Below the pieces are notes generated by a model. It worked only from the letters and a program-made list of their open reading frames with translations, searched no databases and was not told the DNA's origin. 64,000 nucleotides of DNA from Pristiophorus japonicus (lineage: Eukaryota): the NCBI RefSeq assembly GCF_044704955.1, contig NC_091989.1, positions 104,036,001 through 104,100,000 of the forward strand, read 5' to 3'. A program made the position numbers and the translations under genes. Shown in pieces: positions 1 to 13,470 of the stretch; within the stretch, counting starts at the first letter, position 1; the number at the start of each line of letters is the position of its first letter.

Positions 1-2495
1 CTCAACTATGTAATCGTTTGAGCAAGGGATCGCAAGGACGTGTGCATTACCCGTGCCATGACAGGAGCCAATGACTGCTGGATGGACCACCGCTTAATCT
101 GTTTGGTCATCAACATTCATATAGCCCCAAAGTGACGACATCAACAGAAGCAATGCCGCAGAAACATCAACGCCGGGGCATTCAAGGGCCCAGCTAAGAG
201 AGCCCTATACAGCCAGCGACTCTCTGCTAACCTCAATGACGCCAAGATGCAGTGTGCCCACAGTGCTTCTTCTGCAATATAGGCCACCATAACCAGTGCC
301 TGTGAAGAGAGGCTCGGTCACTCAACCAGGAAACACTAGGACTGGTTTCATGAGAATGACGAGGAGATCCAAGAGCTCATAAACCACAAGCGAGTACATT
401 TCTGAAATTAAAGCTACAATCTAACTCAGGAGCAGCAAACCAGCATTACAGATGGCTGAAGGCCAATGTCCAAACAAAAAATTTACAACCCAAAGAATAG
501 ATGGTGGGTGGAGAAACCACAGGACATTCAGCAGCTGGCCGGCAGCCATGATGTACGAGGATTTTTCACCGCAGTCAATCCACCTATGGTACAAGCACAC
601 AAGGCCTACCCCACAGCTGGCCAGGAATGGGGAGACACTCATCAAGGACACTGAGGCAGTCACGACCGACTGGAAGGAGGATTTGAAAATCTCCTTAATT
701 AAGACTCTGCTTTAAAACGAGTGTCCTCGATTCCATCCCGCAGCATGCTACCCGCCACCACCTCAGTGAGAACCCAGCCTTTCAGAAAATGCCATCCATT
801 TGCTCAAGAACAACATGGCATCAGGAGGAGATGGAATCCCCGCTGAGGCACTAAAGTATGGCAGAGAGGCACTCTTGGCAGGAATGCATGACCTCATCTC
901 TTTCATCTGGAATAAGGAGTGCATGCCTGGCGATGTCATAATCATGACCATCTTTAAAAAAAGGGGACAAGTCCGACTGCGGCAACTACAGAGGAATCTC
1001 CCTGTTGTCAGCCACTGGGAAAGTCATTGCTAGAATCCTTCTCAACCGTCTTCTCACTGTGGCTGAGGAGCTCCTACAGGAGTCACAGTGCAGATTCTGT
1101 CCACTATGAAGTACAATGGCCATGATTTATGGCGCAACAACTGCAAGAGAAATGCAGGGAACAGCACCAACCCTTGTACATGGCCATCTTTGAACTTTCG
1201 TAGCCCTCTGATACTGTTAAGCATGAGATTATGGCATGCCCTCCTCCATTTTGGCTGCCCCCAAAAGTTTGTCGCCATCCTCCGCCTGCTGACATGCAAG
1301 CCATGATCGTGACCAACAGATCCACCATAGATGCAATTCATGTCTGGACCGGAGTCAAGCAGGGCTGCGTCATCGATCTTCCTCATGCAATGCTCCACCT
1401 CACACTCAATAAGCTCCTCGCTGGAATGGAACTAAATTATAGAACCAATGAGAACCTGTTCAACCTTCGTCACCTCGAGGCTAGATCCAAGGTCGTTCCA
1501 TCCTCTTTCGTCGAAAATGTACGCGAACATATTCAGAGGCTGAGATCCAAGCCATCATCAACATCTTCACTGAGGCCTATGAAAGCATGGGCCTTACACT
1601 AAACATCCATAAGACAATGGGCCTCCACCAACCTGACCCCGCCACACAGCACTGCCCGCATGTCATCAAAATCCACGGCACGGCCTTGGATAATTTGGAC
1701 CTTTTTCCATAACTCAGGAGCCTATTATCAGCAAAGGCAGACATTGACGATGAAGTCCAGCACCACCTCCATTGCGCTAGCGCAGTCTTCGGTCACCTGA
1801 GGAAGAGAGTGTTTGAAGATCAGTTCCTCAAATCTGGCACCAAGCTTATTGCCTACAGGGCTGTAGTGATACCCACCCTCTTCTGGCTCAGTGACATGGA
1901 CCATATACAGTAGACACCTCAAATCTCTGGAGAAATACCACCAACGATGTCTCTGCAAGATCCTGCAAATATTCTGGGAGGATAGTTGCACAAATTCAAT
2001 GCTCTCAATCAGACCAACAACCACAGCATCAAAGACTGAACACACTCGACCAGCTCCATTGGGTCACATTGTTCGCATGCCCGACACAAGACTCCCAAAG
2101 CAGCCGCACTTCTCGGAACTTCTACATGGCAGGCAATCCCCAGGTGGGCAGAGGAAACGTTTCAAGGACACCTTCAAAGCCTCCTTGATAAAATGCAACA
2201 TCCCCACTAGCACCTTGGAATCCCTGGACAAAGATCGCCCTAACTGGAGGAAGAGCATCCGGGAGGGCATTGAGCACCTTGAGTCTCATTGTCTAAAGCC
2301 TGCAGAAAGCATGCACAGGCAGCGGAAGGAGCATGCGGCAAACCGGACTCCCCATCCACGCTTTCCTTCAACAACTGTCTGTCCCACCTGTGACAGAGGC
2401 CATCATTGCAGTATTAGATTGCAAAGTCACTTGCAAACTCACTTTTAGAGTGGAAGCAAATCTTCCTCAATTTCGAGGGACAGCCTATGATGATC
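1..2495 (+). mobile_element. RTE-clade (RTE-1/BovB-like) LINE, decayed ORF2 3' portion (RT domain and C-terminal Cys/His finger), runs off the window start
   Basis: Frameshifted RT motifs: KASGGDGIPAEALKYG, KKGDKSDCGNYRGISLL, GVKQGCV, WTIYSRHLKSLEKYHQRCL, RMPDTRLPKQ, GGQRKRFKD. C-terminal CPTC...HLQTH, ending in a (TGA)n-like tail near 2490. Confidence 0.9.
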
Positions 2496-2499
2496 AATC

Positions 2500-4450
2500 A
2501 TGATGGAACATCCCAACTGTTGACCTTATGTTGGAGGGAAGGACATTGTTGAATTAGGTAAAGATGGTTAGGCCTAAGAAATTGCCCTGAGGAAATCTTG
2601 CAGCAATGTCCTGGGGCTGGGATGCTTGGCCTCCAACAACCACAACTATCTTCCCTTGTTCTAGTTATGACTCTACCCGGTGAAGATTTTCCACCTGATT
2701 CCTATTGATTTCAATTTTACTCAGCTCCTTGATGCTACACTCACTCAAATGCTGCCTTGCTGTCTAGAGTTGTCACTCTCACCTCACTTCTGCAATTCAG
2801 TTCTTTTATCCATGTTTCGACTAATTTGTAATGATTTGTAGAGATGAGTGATCCTGACATAATCCAAACTGAGCATCAGTGAGCAGGTTAGTGGTGAACA
2901 AATGCAACTTGATAACACTGCTGATAACTGCTTCTGTCATTTTGTTGATGGAGAGTAGACTGAGCAAGCAATAATTGCCGGATCGGGTTTGTTTCTATGG
3001 ACGGGAAATAGCTGGGCAAATTTCCCCTTTGTCGATAGATGCTAGTGTTATAGCTGTATTGGATAAGCTTGGTTATAGGCATGGCTATTTCTGGAGCACA
3101 GGTAGTCAGCTCTACAGTCAGACTGCTTCGTGGCCCATAGCCTTTGTTGTATCCAGTAGGTTCAGCCATTCCTTTGCAAAGGACTGGCTTCAGTGGTCAT
3201 GGCGGCCTCAGGAGGCGCCAAGCTGTATTATTCATTTTGCACTTCTAGCTGAAGATGGTTGCAAATGCATCTGCTTTTCGTTTGACTTCATGTTTTGTGC
3301 TCCGCCATCATTTGATAGGGATTTTAACAGAGCCTCACCTGTTAGTTGTTACCCCACCACATTCACGACTGGATGTTGCAGGACTGCAGAGCTTTAATCA
3401 GACCATTGCTTGTGGAATCACTTAGCGCTATCTATATCATGCTACTTCCACTGTTTTAACTGCCTCTAGACATGTGGTGTAGCTTCACCACGTTGGTACT
3501 TGATTGCGAGGTATACCAGGTGCTGCTGCAGACATGCACTTCTACGCTCCCCATTGAACTAGCATTCATCCCTGGCCTTGATGGTAATGGTAGAATGATG
3601 GATGTGCTGGGTTACAGATTGTGATGGAATAAAATTTTGCTGAATCTGATGGCCCACAACATTTCATGAATGAACAATTTTGAGCTGCTATATCTGTTCT
3701 GAATCTAACTTGTATAGCACAGTGGAAATGCCACACAACACGATGGGAAGCGTCCCAAGTGTGAAGATTGGACTTCGTCTCCACAAGGTCTGTGTAGTGG
3801 TCACTCCTACCAGCACATGGACGTATGCATCTGAGACAGGTAGATTGGTGAGGATGCAGAGAAGTAGGTTTTTCCCTCGTGTTGGTTCTCTCTCCACCTG
3901 CCAGAGGCGCAGAGGCAGCTATTTCCTTCAGGGCTCGGCCAGCTCAGTCAACAATGCTGCTACAGAATCATTCTTCATGATGGACTTTGAAGTACTCCAC
4001 CCAGAGTACATTCTGTGCCCTTGCTGCCATCAGTGCTTCTTCCAACTGCTGTTCAAACTGATTGATCAGCTGAGGGAGGGCAGTTTGTGGTAATCAGCAG
4101 GAAGTTTCCTTGCCCATGTTTGGCCTGGTTCCATGAAAATTCATAGGGTCTGTAGTCAATATTGCGAACTCCCATGATCACTCTCTCCCGTCTTGTACGA
4201 CTGTGCTGCCACCTTTGGTGGGTCAGTCCTGCCGGTGGAACAGCGCATATTCAGAGATGGTGATTAAATATTCTGGGACATTCCATGAATTGTATGATTC
4301 TGTGAGTATGACTATGTCAGGCTGTTGCTTGACTTGTGTGTAGGACAACATTCATAATTTTGACACAAGTCTTCATGTGGTAGTGAGAAGGACTTTACAG
4401 GATCCACTGGACACGAATCCTAGGTCGAGGCTGGGTGGTCCGTCTGGAGC
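2500..4450 (-). mobile_element. Old, decayed LINE (CR1/L2-type) fragment covering endonuclease-RT on the minus strand
   Basis: Reverse-strand remnants of APE/RT motifs (GDFNVHH-like at ~3975-3995; a PQG-like segment at ~2580-2620), broken by many stops. Family assignment is approximate. Confidence 0.6.
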
Positions 4451-4889
4451 TGTTCTAATGAAGATTATTTTAAATGTTCCATAAGTGATGACTTTCGATA
4501 GTCTGTGCCATAAGATTTGGAAGGGAGTGTGAAGTTACTCCGCAATTCTGGTAAGTGCAGAGCCTATCCCTTTATTCAGAAGTTGTCTTACGTGAATTTG
4601 ACTCTATCCACTGGATTGTCTGAATGTATCACTTAGGTTGGTTACCGGAAGAAGGTAGCAGCATTTAGAAAACAAAACGCGAATTGTTCCTTTTTAATCA
4701 AATAAATTATTGTCTCTAATACATTGAGTTTTTTTATTTCAAAGAAATGGCACCACGTCTATTTTATTAAACAATTGCAGTCTCTCCATGGTGTTGCTCA
4801 CAGGTTTGGAGATTCTCTAAGAACAGGTGCCTAATGGAAGTTTTGTAGTGTTATAGAATGAAATATGATTAAGGTGCATTGAGCCAGCC

Positions 4890-5052
4890 CTGGACAGATT
4901 TTAGAGCAATAAGATTGTAAAGGTTTATGGGGAGCGGGCAGGGAAGTGGAGCTGAGTCCATGATCAGATCAGTCATGATCTCATTGAATGGCGGAGTAGG
5001 GTCAAGGTTCCAAATGGCCTACTCCTGCTCCTATTTCTTATGTTCTTATGTT
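4890..5052 (+). mobile_element. CR1 LINE 3' tail fragment
   Basis: KGYGERAGKWS-type ORF2 end followed by GGCCTACTCCTGCTCCTATTTCTTATGTTCTTATG, the same tail as the other CR1 copies in the window. Confidence 0.85.
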
Positions 5053-5360
5053 CTCCCAAAGCCGCGACCTCTACCACCTAGAAGGACGAGGGCAGCAAGC
5101 ACATGGGAACACGACCACCTACACGTTCCCCTCCAAGTCACATACCATTATGATTTGGAAGCATATCGCCATTCCTTCATCGTTGCTGTAGTCAAAATCC
5201 TGTAACACCCTCCCTAACAGCAAGGTGAGTGTACCATCATCACACAAATTGCAACGGTTCCAGAAGATGCCACACCACCATCTTCTGAAGAGCAATTTGG
5301 GATGGGCAATAAATGCTGGCCTTGCAGTGATGCCCACATCCTTGGAACAAATAAAATAAA
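5053..5360 (+). mobile_element. 3' end of a second LINE family (L2/CR1-type; tail shared with the SINE at 61066)
   Basis: Ends GGGCAATAAATGCTGGCCTTGC...GATGCCCACATCC...AATAAAATAAA and aligns by eye with 15000-15265. Confidence 0.75.
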
Positions 5361-6231
5361 TGCCAGTTTATGAGCCATGAAATTACACAGTGATACCACA
5401 GTCTTTCAGCCATTTGCTCTGTTTCTCCAAGTTTTTGCTAGTCTATTGCCCAAATTTTGACAGACCAGGAGAAAGCACACTGAATTTAATGGGGCACTTT
5501 AATAAGCATAATATTTTGGTTGTGGAAACCGTGAGTCACAGGGTCACTAATCATGGGTTCTGTCTCTCACAGGTTATGCCTCAGCAGTTCACAACAGTGG
5601 ACAGCGTCTCTTAATAAATGCTATCACTTTCATGAAATAACTATTTAAGACTACAGCATGAAATTTATTTCAAACGTTTTTTGGAAAAAGCGAAGCAATT
5701 CTTGAACAATCAAGACTGGCCCCCTACTCTTCAATTCCTATTGATGCAGACAGTATGTAGGCCTATTCTGAAAACTGGACGTGCTCACAATACTCAAGTT
5801 GCATGTTGTGACATTCGGAATGCACAGAATGAATGTGCCCCTCCAATTGATGTGAGATGATCAAATATCCAATTGAAGTCTTGAGAGAAATGGAGTCCTT
5901 GAAACAAAAGACTAGACTTTCCACTTTGTTGGCTATGTTCCAGCATTGGCGATGTGTCAGCCTTCACGATTGCTGGAAGATCGCCCATTTTTTGCATCAT
6001 GACTTTCGGCTCAGCGATAGCCCACTGATGTGAACTGGGTGAAGCAATATCACAGTGATGTTAAATGGGCCCAGTGATAGCCCAGCAATGTGAAATTGGC
6101 CCAGTGATGTGGAAGGTAAAGCTTCCCTAGCAACGGCCTTCTGCGCATGCATTTTGTTTTGGTGGACAGCTTTTCCCACATTTCGGGAGGTCAAGGGTCA
6201 TCCACACATGGCAGAAGGCAAAGGGAATGGG

Positions 6232-6350
6232 GGAGAGAGAGAGAGAGAGAAGAGGATAGCGTGAGAGGAGGAAGGCAGACAAAGAGTAGAGAGTAAAGAG
6301 AGAGAGAGAGAATATTACAGCAAGAGAGAGAGAGATAAAGAGAAAGAGAT
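6232..6350. repeat. (GA)n-rich low-complexity tract
   Basis: Several imperfect GAGAGA runs seen directly. Confidence 0.8.
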
Positions 6351-6369
6351 GTCTGATTCAGAAAACAGT

Positions 6370-8320
6370 ATGCATGATGCGGAGGGGGCGAGGAAGAGGG
6401 CCAAACCATTTCCCGATGAGGCCAACTAGGCACTCATTGTGGAGGTGTACTCCCGGTGGGCGCAACTAACCTGGCATGCCCACGGGAAACCTCCACCCCG
6501 GGCATATCAGAAAATATGGGGCGAGATCGGCAACATGGTCAGCTCGGCTTCCCATGAGGTGAGGGGATCCAACCAATGCCGGAAGCACTGGAACAGGCAA
6601 GTTACTTCGGCAAGAGTAAGTAGGATTTTATATTGTAATGATGCAAATTGTAGTTCTATTTAATCTCCTGAATTGAATTTAAGCTTATTATTATTACATA
6701 TATTCCCCACTAAGATCCGGACAGGGCTATGAACCTGTGCTCTTATTAAATCTCTCTGGCTGCTGTCACTTACACATTGACCCATTATGGACTGGGGGAA
6801 GAGCTGCCCTTGCTCACTGTCTGCCCTGGGACACTTCTGTACATTAGCTCCAGCCATTGCCGAGTTCAATGGAGATTGTAGTCGAGAGAGATGAAGTGTC
6901 AAGCATTAGCTCCTAAACACAATCTTTGTTATAACTGTGCATCAATTGTGGATTAAAACCCCATTAGCTTATAATGTTGGAAACTGTTGACTTTCCATGA
7001 CTGTTCAGCCATGGAAAGTCAACAGTCAACTCATTGAATAGTGGTGCAGGCTCGAAGGGCCGAATGGCCTACTGCTGCACCTATTTTCTATGTTTCTATG
7101 ATAGTACCTTAGCTCATGCCATGCTCTTGTCACATTTGCAGAGAAATTTATCTAACAATAGGAGGGAGCAGAGCCACACCGGACGAGGCCCTGCTCAGCT
7201 CTAGCAGCTGTCTGAGATCAATGAGCATGCAGCGGCGCTTGTGGTGACCGACAGTCGCTTGGCCACCACCTGAGGTGTTGCAAAACCCACGCATGCATCA
7301 CGTGAATAATGTGTCAAGCAGTGCTAAATTAATGTTAATATAATGTAGCATCATTTAATTATAACGTACGATTGATATCATGTTATGCATGCAGCATCCA
7401 TGCTACTCTCAGGTTGACAACATAAGAACATAACATAAGAGCAGGAGCATGCCATCTGTCCATTGTCCCCTTCTCTGTCCGCTCCCCATAAACCTTCAGT
7501 CCCTTATCATTCTGTCTATCTCTGAATTATCCAGCCTCCACAGCTCTCTGGGGCACTGAATTCAACATAGATGTACTACCATATGCATTAAACTGTAATG
7601 TCTCTCTGTCACATTTATTGCAATAGTGCTTTTCCTCATACGTATGCCAGCGCAGCGCAAGATTCATGTGCACCCTTCAGCTTAATTGTGTTTTGCAGGT
7701 CGCCCTGCACCAGAGGTGCAAAGGGAGGCACAAGCAACAACACCAGCACCGCTGGAGTTGCTCATGACCACCGGTGGTGAAGAGGAGGAAGAAGAGAGAG
7801 CATGAGACTACTGAGACTGAGGACGGAGGATGAGGATGCCCCTAACATCTATAACATCACTGAGACAACTGTTGAACCTGTGGGACCTGTGGGAGTTTGT
7901 TTTTGAACGAGGAGGTAGCGGGACAAAGCAGCGTGCAGCCGGCAATGCCAAGGCACTCATTAGTGCTCACGCAGACCCCACGGATGTCGGGTCAGCGAGG
8001 TCAGCACAAAACTAACCTTACCAATCGGATTGAGAGCTTGACAAGACTGTGCGGGGAGATTTGCGATTAGTCGCGAACATCTACAAACATTTGTGCAGTT
8101 CACATGAGACTTTTCCTGGGTGTCTGCTCGCCAAGCGGATGCATCGCAGCTGACGCTCATGGAGATGCGTGCACAGACCGCCGCCACCAATGCCTTGCGG
8201 CATGCGTCGTTTTCGTGATATGGCGCTGCACCCCAAGATGCCCTGTTTCGACACACCACAAGCACCAGCGCACAAGCGAGTCAGGAGGAAACACTTCCTT
8301 CTGACTCAAGAGTTGATGCC
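6370..8320 (+). pseudogene. Harbinger Myb/SANT-like DNA-binding protein gene, spliced and disrupted
   Basis: Exon 1 (6370-6615) reads MHDAEGARKRAKPFPDEAN*ALIVEV...YQKIWGEIG...RGSNQCRKHWN, followed by a GTAAGT donor. Exon 2 starts at 7142 after TTTGCAG and reads RNLSNNRREQSHTGRGP. An acidic exon starts near 7699. In-frame TAG at 6427. The 3' end is approximate. Confidence 0.8.
7001..7100 (+). mobile_element. CR1 3' tail fragment in the Myb gene intron
   Basis: AACTCATTGAAT...GGCCGAATGGCCTACT...CCTATTTTCTATGTTTCTATG. Confidence 0.75.
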
Positions 8321-8814
8321 ATAGCTTCGTTTTCCCATCCAACAGCCGATCACGCCACCATCACCCCCATCACGTCTGGAAGTCTTGACATTGCCTGCTA
8401 CACGCCAGCATCGTCTCGGAAACCAGCGACCAAAATGGGCGGGTGGGGCTAGGACATGGGAGGTGGGGGGGGCGGTCCAGGATCTGAAAGGAAATGTGGC
8501 CGCAGGTAGGGTGTAATGTTTTTTATATTGTTCAAATTGTTTTTTGTTATTGGTTCACTGTTGGAGTGTGGGTTGGGGGCTGGGTGGGTGTTATCTCAAA
8601 ATAGTTCACAAAATTTGTTAATTTAATATAAAAATGTATTTAACTTTGCAATGGTTGTGCAGTGTCTTCTAATAACATAAGTTAAGGTAAAACATGAATG
8701 CAACTGTTGTAAAACAATGGCCAGGTCAGCCCAGGGAAGGATGAAATGTAACTCAATGCAAATTATTGTCTTTCCATAGCGATAACTGTAACTGTGACTG
8801 TCCCCAATGTAAGT

Positions 8815-10078
8815 TCATGCAAAGCATTCATTTATGAGCTGCTGGCACAACTGCTTTGCAGCCGCATAACTTCCATGGGGTTTTTGCTGCCTTGGCGGGG
8901 GTCGAGGTGGAGGTGGGGGTGTGGGTGGGGGTGGGGGTGAGGGGGGGTGGGAACATGGATTCAACACCAGGCGGATTTTCCTCTCTGAGGTCCTCACCAG
9001 CCTCCTCCTCGTCCTGCTCCTCGTCATCTGCCTCTTCTGCCTCAAATCCTTCCTGAGGTGCACCGGCAGCCCCATCTGGCAATTGTTGTCCTCTCCTTAT
9101 AGCTAGATTATGCAACACGCAGCACACTACAATAAACTCAGCGATCCAGTTAGGGTGGTATTGTAGGTTGCCTCCAGAGTAGTCCAGGCATCTGAAGCAC
9201 TACTTCAGCACCCAATTATCTTTTCAACGATATTGCGTGTAGCTATGTGGCTTTTGTTGTAATGCTCCTCTCCTTCCATCAGGGGATTATGCAGGCGGGG
9301 TTATGAGCAACCTGGCAAGGTCCCCCAGCATCCAACCATGACGTTGTGGCTGACTATCAAAAAGGTCAGAGACAACACTCTCACGCAGAATGTGCGCATC
9401 ACAGATGCTGCCTAGATATTTAGCATTAACTGCCATGATTATTTGGTTGAGGTCGACAACGAGCTGCACATTCAGGGAGTGGAATCACTTTCAGTTACAA
9501 AACGCCTCCATGTTCTGTAAACATGCTTTCAGGGCGATGTGCATGCAGTCTATTACACCCTGCAACTTGGGGAAGTTTGTTATTCTCGAGAAACCGAAAG
9601 CCCTCCCGATCTGTACCTCCCTGGTCATAGCGAAGCTTATAAAGTCCATCCTGCTAGCGTAAAGGGCTTCAGTCACCTGTCGAATGGAGCAGTGTGTGGC
9701 GTACTGAGAAAGACCAGAAATGTTGCCAGCTGAAGCCTGAAAGGAGCCCAATGCATAGAAGGATAGTGCCACAATAACCTTTACCTCAACGGGCAGTGCG
9801 GTCCTGAAGGTGCTAGTAAGCTGCAAATACCTCTTGATGAGCTGGCATATCTCATCGCTGACCTACTTTCGGAAGCGCAGCCTCCTAAGGCGCGTGTTAT
9901 CAGACAAGTGGAGGTAAGATTTATTTTCCCTGTAAGTTCATCGGCTGTACATCCTCCATCTCCGCATTCGTCTGCCCCCTCTATGATTGGCCCCTTCACT
10001 AAACCCTTCACTTAACTCAACTTCAGACACCAGCCTGTGAGCAGTTACAAGTAAGGGTAGAGAAGCTACAGGCCCCAT
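8815..10078 (-). pseudogene. Harbinger (HARBI1-like) DDE transposase, frameshifted
   Basis: Motifs ALPVEVKVIVALSFYALGSFQ, FPKLQGVIDCMHIAL, VNAKYLGSICDAHIL, GWMLGD, HIATRNIVE, CCVLHNLAI, and an acidic C-terminus. ATG at 10078. Confidence 0.92.
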
Positions 10079-10122
10079 CACTATATCACTATTATCACTA
10101 TTATCACTATTATCACTATCAC
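10077..10122. repeat. Short tandem repeat (ATCACTATT)n just upstream of the transposase start
   Basis: About 5 imperfect 9-bp units seen directly. Confidence 0.8.
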
Positions 10123-10577
10123 TGTTGATATAAATGCACTTTCTACTAAATTAAGTAAAAATATAAATATATGTACAAATGTGAGTGGATCTATCAGTAA
10201 AATACCCTTAAACAACTCACAAATTATAAGCCCCTTGTTTATGCAGCTTCCTCACTTCCTCCAATGTTCAAAATGGCATCCGTAGTACTGAGATTCTGTG
10301 AAGAAGGCAAGGTAAAAGCAGCTTTTCTCCAGCGATGTTCTCGGCGAGCATTCAGGCTGGCGATGTGTGGACGATATGCCAAAAGTTGCGCTGGGCGAGG
10401 TGTGGGCGATCACCTTCGTGATTATCTCGACGATGTGAGCTGAAAGTTGGGTTGGCAATTTTCCAGCGATATTCCGGCCCAATTTACCACTTTTGTGTCA
10501 AAATGGGCGATAGCAGGCCTTTTTGGGCGATATATGGGCACGAGCCCTGCGATGTCAAGTGGAAAGTCTAGCCCTTA

Positions 10578-11540
10578 AGGGCACATGTTTTCCCTGATCC
10601 TTCTGGATCTCCTCCTTGAATGCCTCCAACTGTTGCGACACTGATTTAGCTTCAAGTAGCTGTTTCCAGCCCACTGTGGCCAGATCACTTATCTACTCAA
10701 CAAAGTTAGCTTTTCCACAATTTGGGACATTTTTTCATGGTCTATTCCTGTCCTTATCCATACCTACCTCGAATCTGACTGAATTATGGTCACTGACACC
10801 CAAGTGCTCTCCCACTGATACCGTATCCACCTGCCCAGCTTCATTCCGCAAAACTAAATCCATAACCGCCCCCTCCTGTGTTGGGCTTGTTACATACTGA
10901 TTTAAAAGGGAATTCCACACCCTCTACCCTTCACACTATATTTGTCCCAATCAATATTAGGAAAGTTCAAATCCCCTACTATTACTGCCCTATGATTTTT
11001 GGATTTCACAGTAATGTGCCTACATATTTGCTCTTCTATCTCCCTCCCACTTTTTGGGGGTCTATAATACATGTCCAACAGTTTGATCATCCTTTTTTTA
11101 TTATTCAGTTCGACCCATATGACCTCATCTGATGATCCCTCTAACATCTCATCCCTCCTCACAGCTGTAATAGTTTCTTTAATCGTTACCAGAACATCCC
11201 CACCCCCCCCCCCCTTTACGCTCCTCTCTATCCTGTCTAAAAATCCTATAACCAGGAATATTGAGCTGCCAAATCTGCCCCTCCTTCAGCCATGTCTCTG
11301 TAATGGCTATAATGTCATACTCCCAAGTGTCTACCTGTGTTCTCAGCTCATCTCCCTTTTTTGCTATATTCCTTGCATTGAAGTATATACCTCTTAGCTC
11401 AGGAAGACGTCCTTGATGACTACTTACTAACCCTTTTTTCCTCTGTCTTACAGATTCACATTCTGTATTCTTGCTGTCAAATTTCAGCTTTACTTCCTTC
11501 TCTGGTGACTTTGGTCTTAGGTTCGCCTCCCCATCCAAAC
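10578..11540 (-). mobile_element. CR1 LINE 5' part (ORF2 endonuclease), decayed
   Basis: YFNARNI, YDIIAITETWL, YYRPP, VIVGDLNFPNIDW, PTQEGAVMDLVL, LGVSDHNSV. Confidence 0.9.
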
Positions 11541-11559
11541 CCACATCAATCATTTCACA

Positions 11560-13470
11560 TCAAAGTGGCGGCCAAATCCGAAAGCTTAGCAGTCGTACTG
11601 TGCCAGCAGGTGTAAGGCGCACTACAACGATCGTGTATGCATCTCACATCCTGACACGAATTGAGAAGACGTTCAATCCGTGTGAGCGACACCTTCAAGC
11701 AACTTCTGGGCAGTAACGTATTTTCATTATATCACCAGGTGACAAACTTTCGTGCTGCATGCTCCCTAAACCCCTCTGTACTTGTTACCATAATCTGCTG
11801 GCACAGTGGTCTCCTTGCCACGCCCGAACCACTAGACATTGCTGCTGATGGAATGTGACATCCAGATCTCCGCTAAAAAGACAATGCTCATGCGGCATCT
11901 TTTATTATCACACGCCCCTTACCGATCATTCAGTTTCATCGTCATCCAGTGCGAAATAACCTGAGAGATGATATGCAAAACACTTACATTGACGGCTTAT
12001 CCTATAACGTGAATGGGCAGCCATGTATCGGATTTGCGATGGTAACCCCTGAGCAGGTGTACCAGTACAAATATAACATACACTCTGCAGCGTATGCTGA
12101 ATTAGCGGCCTTACTAATGGCTGTTCATATCCGGTGTGGCTACCAACATCTATTCTGATAGTGCTTATGTCGTCAACATAGTTGCTGCTTTTTTGCAGCC
12201 CAGAAACCACAGGTACATGCAGGAATGCCTTCCCAACTTTGGGTGGTGCGACAAGAAAGGAGGGCACACCACCACCTTCTCAAGGGCAATTAGCAACACC
12301 TACATCCCGTGAATGAATATAAGAAAACCTACTTCGCGTAAATCAAGGCTCATAGCAAAACGGAATACATGCACTCCCACGGTAACTCGTTGGCTGATCA
12401 ACATGCTAAGGTGGCAATGAACATGGGGTGCCATGAGAACCTACTCCCATGCGGCAGGTCTCAGTGGTGGCCAATTCCCTGTTAGGCACCCAGTTAGGCA
12501 GAGGACTTGATCAAATGTTTTACTTATCACCTACGGATGGTCATGCGCTATTAGAAGTGGGCTAGAAATTCATTGTAGCCTAGGAATGGGCAGTATAATT
12601 AGAAAAGGTGGAGAATTAGCGGCAGGTGGCAATCGTTAGATTGCAGCAAATTCATGCTCACTGCTCCCGGGCGATAACTGTTAAATTGCATTTGTTAGGG
12701 GGCTGCCACAAGCGTCGGGTGGTATTTTTCACTGTCTAGTCATCTCAGATAAGTTTCCTAGAACCTTTGCCGGTACGCAAATGCACAGCTTTAACCACAT
12801 TAACCGATATTATTGTGCGAGTTAATCTGCAGCTGGGGAATACCATTGGACAATGATCAAGATTCACACTTCACAGGGACATTTTTCGCCGAACTTCAGG
12901 CAATCATGCCACATCACCCACAATCCGCAGTGGTAGTAGAAAGACAGAATGCAACCTAAAAACAACGCTCAGCAAATGTTGTACCAATCACTCTGTAAAA
13001 TAGGAAAATATGATTCCTATGTGTTTAATGTTTATTAAAGCCACCCCATATATTACAACTGGCATATCGCCATATGAAGCGATGGCCGGAAGTTTGATGA
13101 GGACAATTGTTAACCCCAACTGCTACACCAATGTTGCAGGGAACAGTTACTGAAAATTGGGTACAAAAATGGAAAAATCAATCAGAATCACAAACATATA
13201 CATCACTAAAAAAATGGGCAAATCAAAAAAACAAGTGAAAAGATTTTTCGCCGAAAAGATACGATCTTTTGAGTATCAGATCGGCGAAACATTAATGGTA
13301 ATGGATAATGGCAGAAAGAACATCCCTTTGCACCTAAATGGAAAGCACCTTCCACATAATCAACAAGGCTATTCCATCAGTATACCTGATTCAGGGTACC
13401 GGGAAGAAGAATGTGAAAAGTAACAGTTGGTATCAAATCAAGCAACTTAAAACAACTGGTTAAGAATTAT
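11560..13470 (+). mobile_element. Old retrovirus-like pol remnant (tether + RNase H + integrase), possibly loki/spuma-related
   Basis: IVYASHILTRIEKTFNPCERHL (tether), then a second RNase H (YIDGLSY...SAAYAELAA...YSDSAYV...IKAHSK...GNSLADQHAK), then integrase (DNDQDSHFTG, PHHPQSA-VVERQN, TGISPYE). Many frameshifts. Confidence 0.7.

Larger units (their letters stand above)
5909..10574. mobile_element. PIF/Harbinger DNA transposon (decayed autonomous-type; convergent Myb/SANT gene and DDE transposase)
   Basis: Terminal inverted repeats AGACTAGACTTTCCACTT (5909-5926) and AAGTGGAAAGTCTAGCCC (10557-10574), 16/18 match. Subterminal GCGAT-rich repeats at both ends. Contains both Harbinger genes. 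Confidence 0.88.

Noticed and set aside
4747-4803. Possible displaced leader exon of copy 1 (...GTCTCTCCATGGTGTTGCTCACAG|GT)
   Set aside because: Only weak similarity to the copy 2 leader, an in-frame stop, and 29 kb from the V exon. Not supportable.
8856-9106. Pro/Gly/Ser-rich ORFs
   Set aside because: Alternative frames of the low-complexity acidic C-terminus of the Harbinger transposase.
10077-10122. CRISPR-like or functional array
   Set aside because: A simple 9-bp tandem repeat with no spacers, in eukaryotic DNA.
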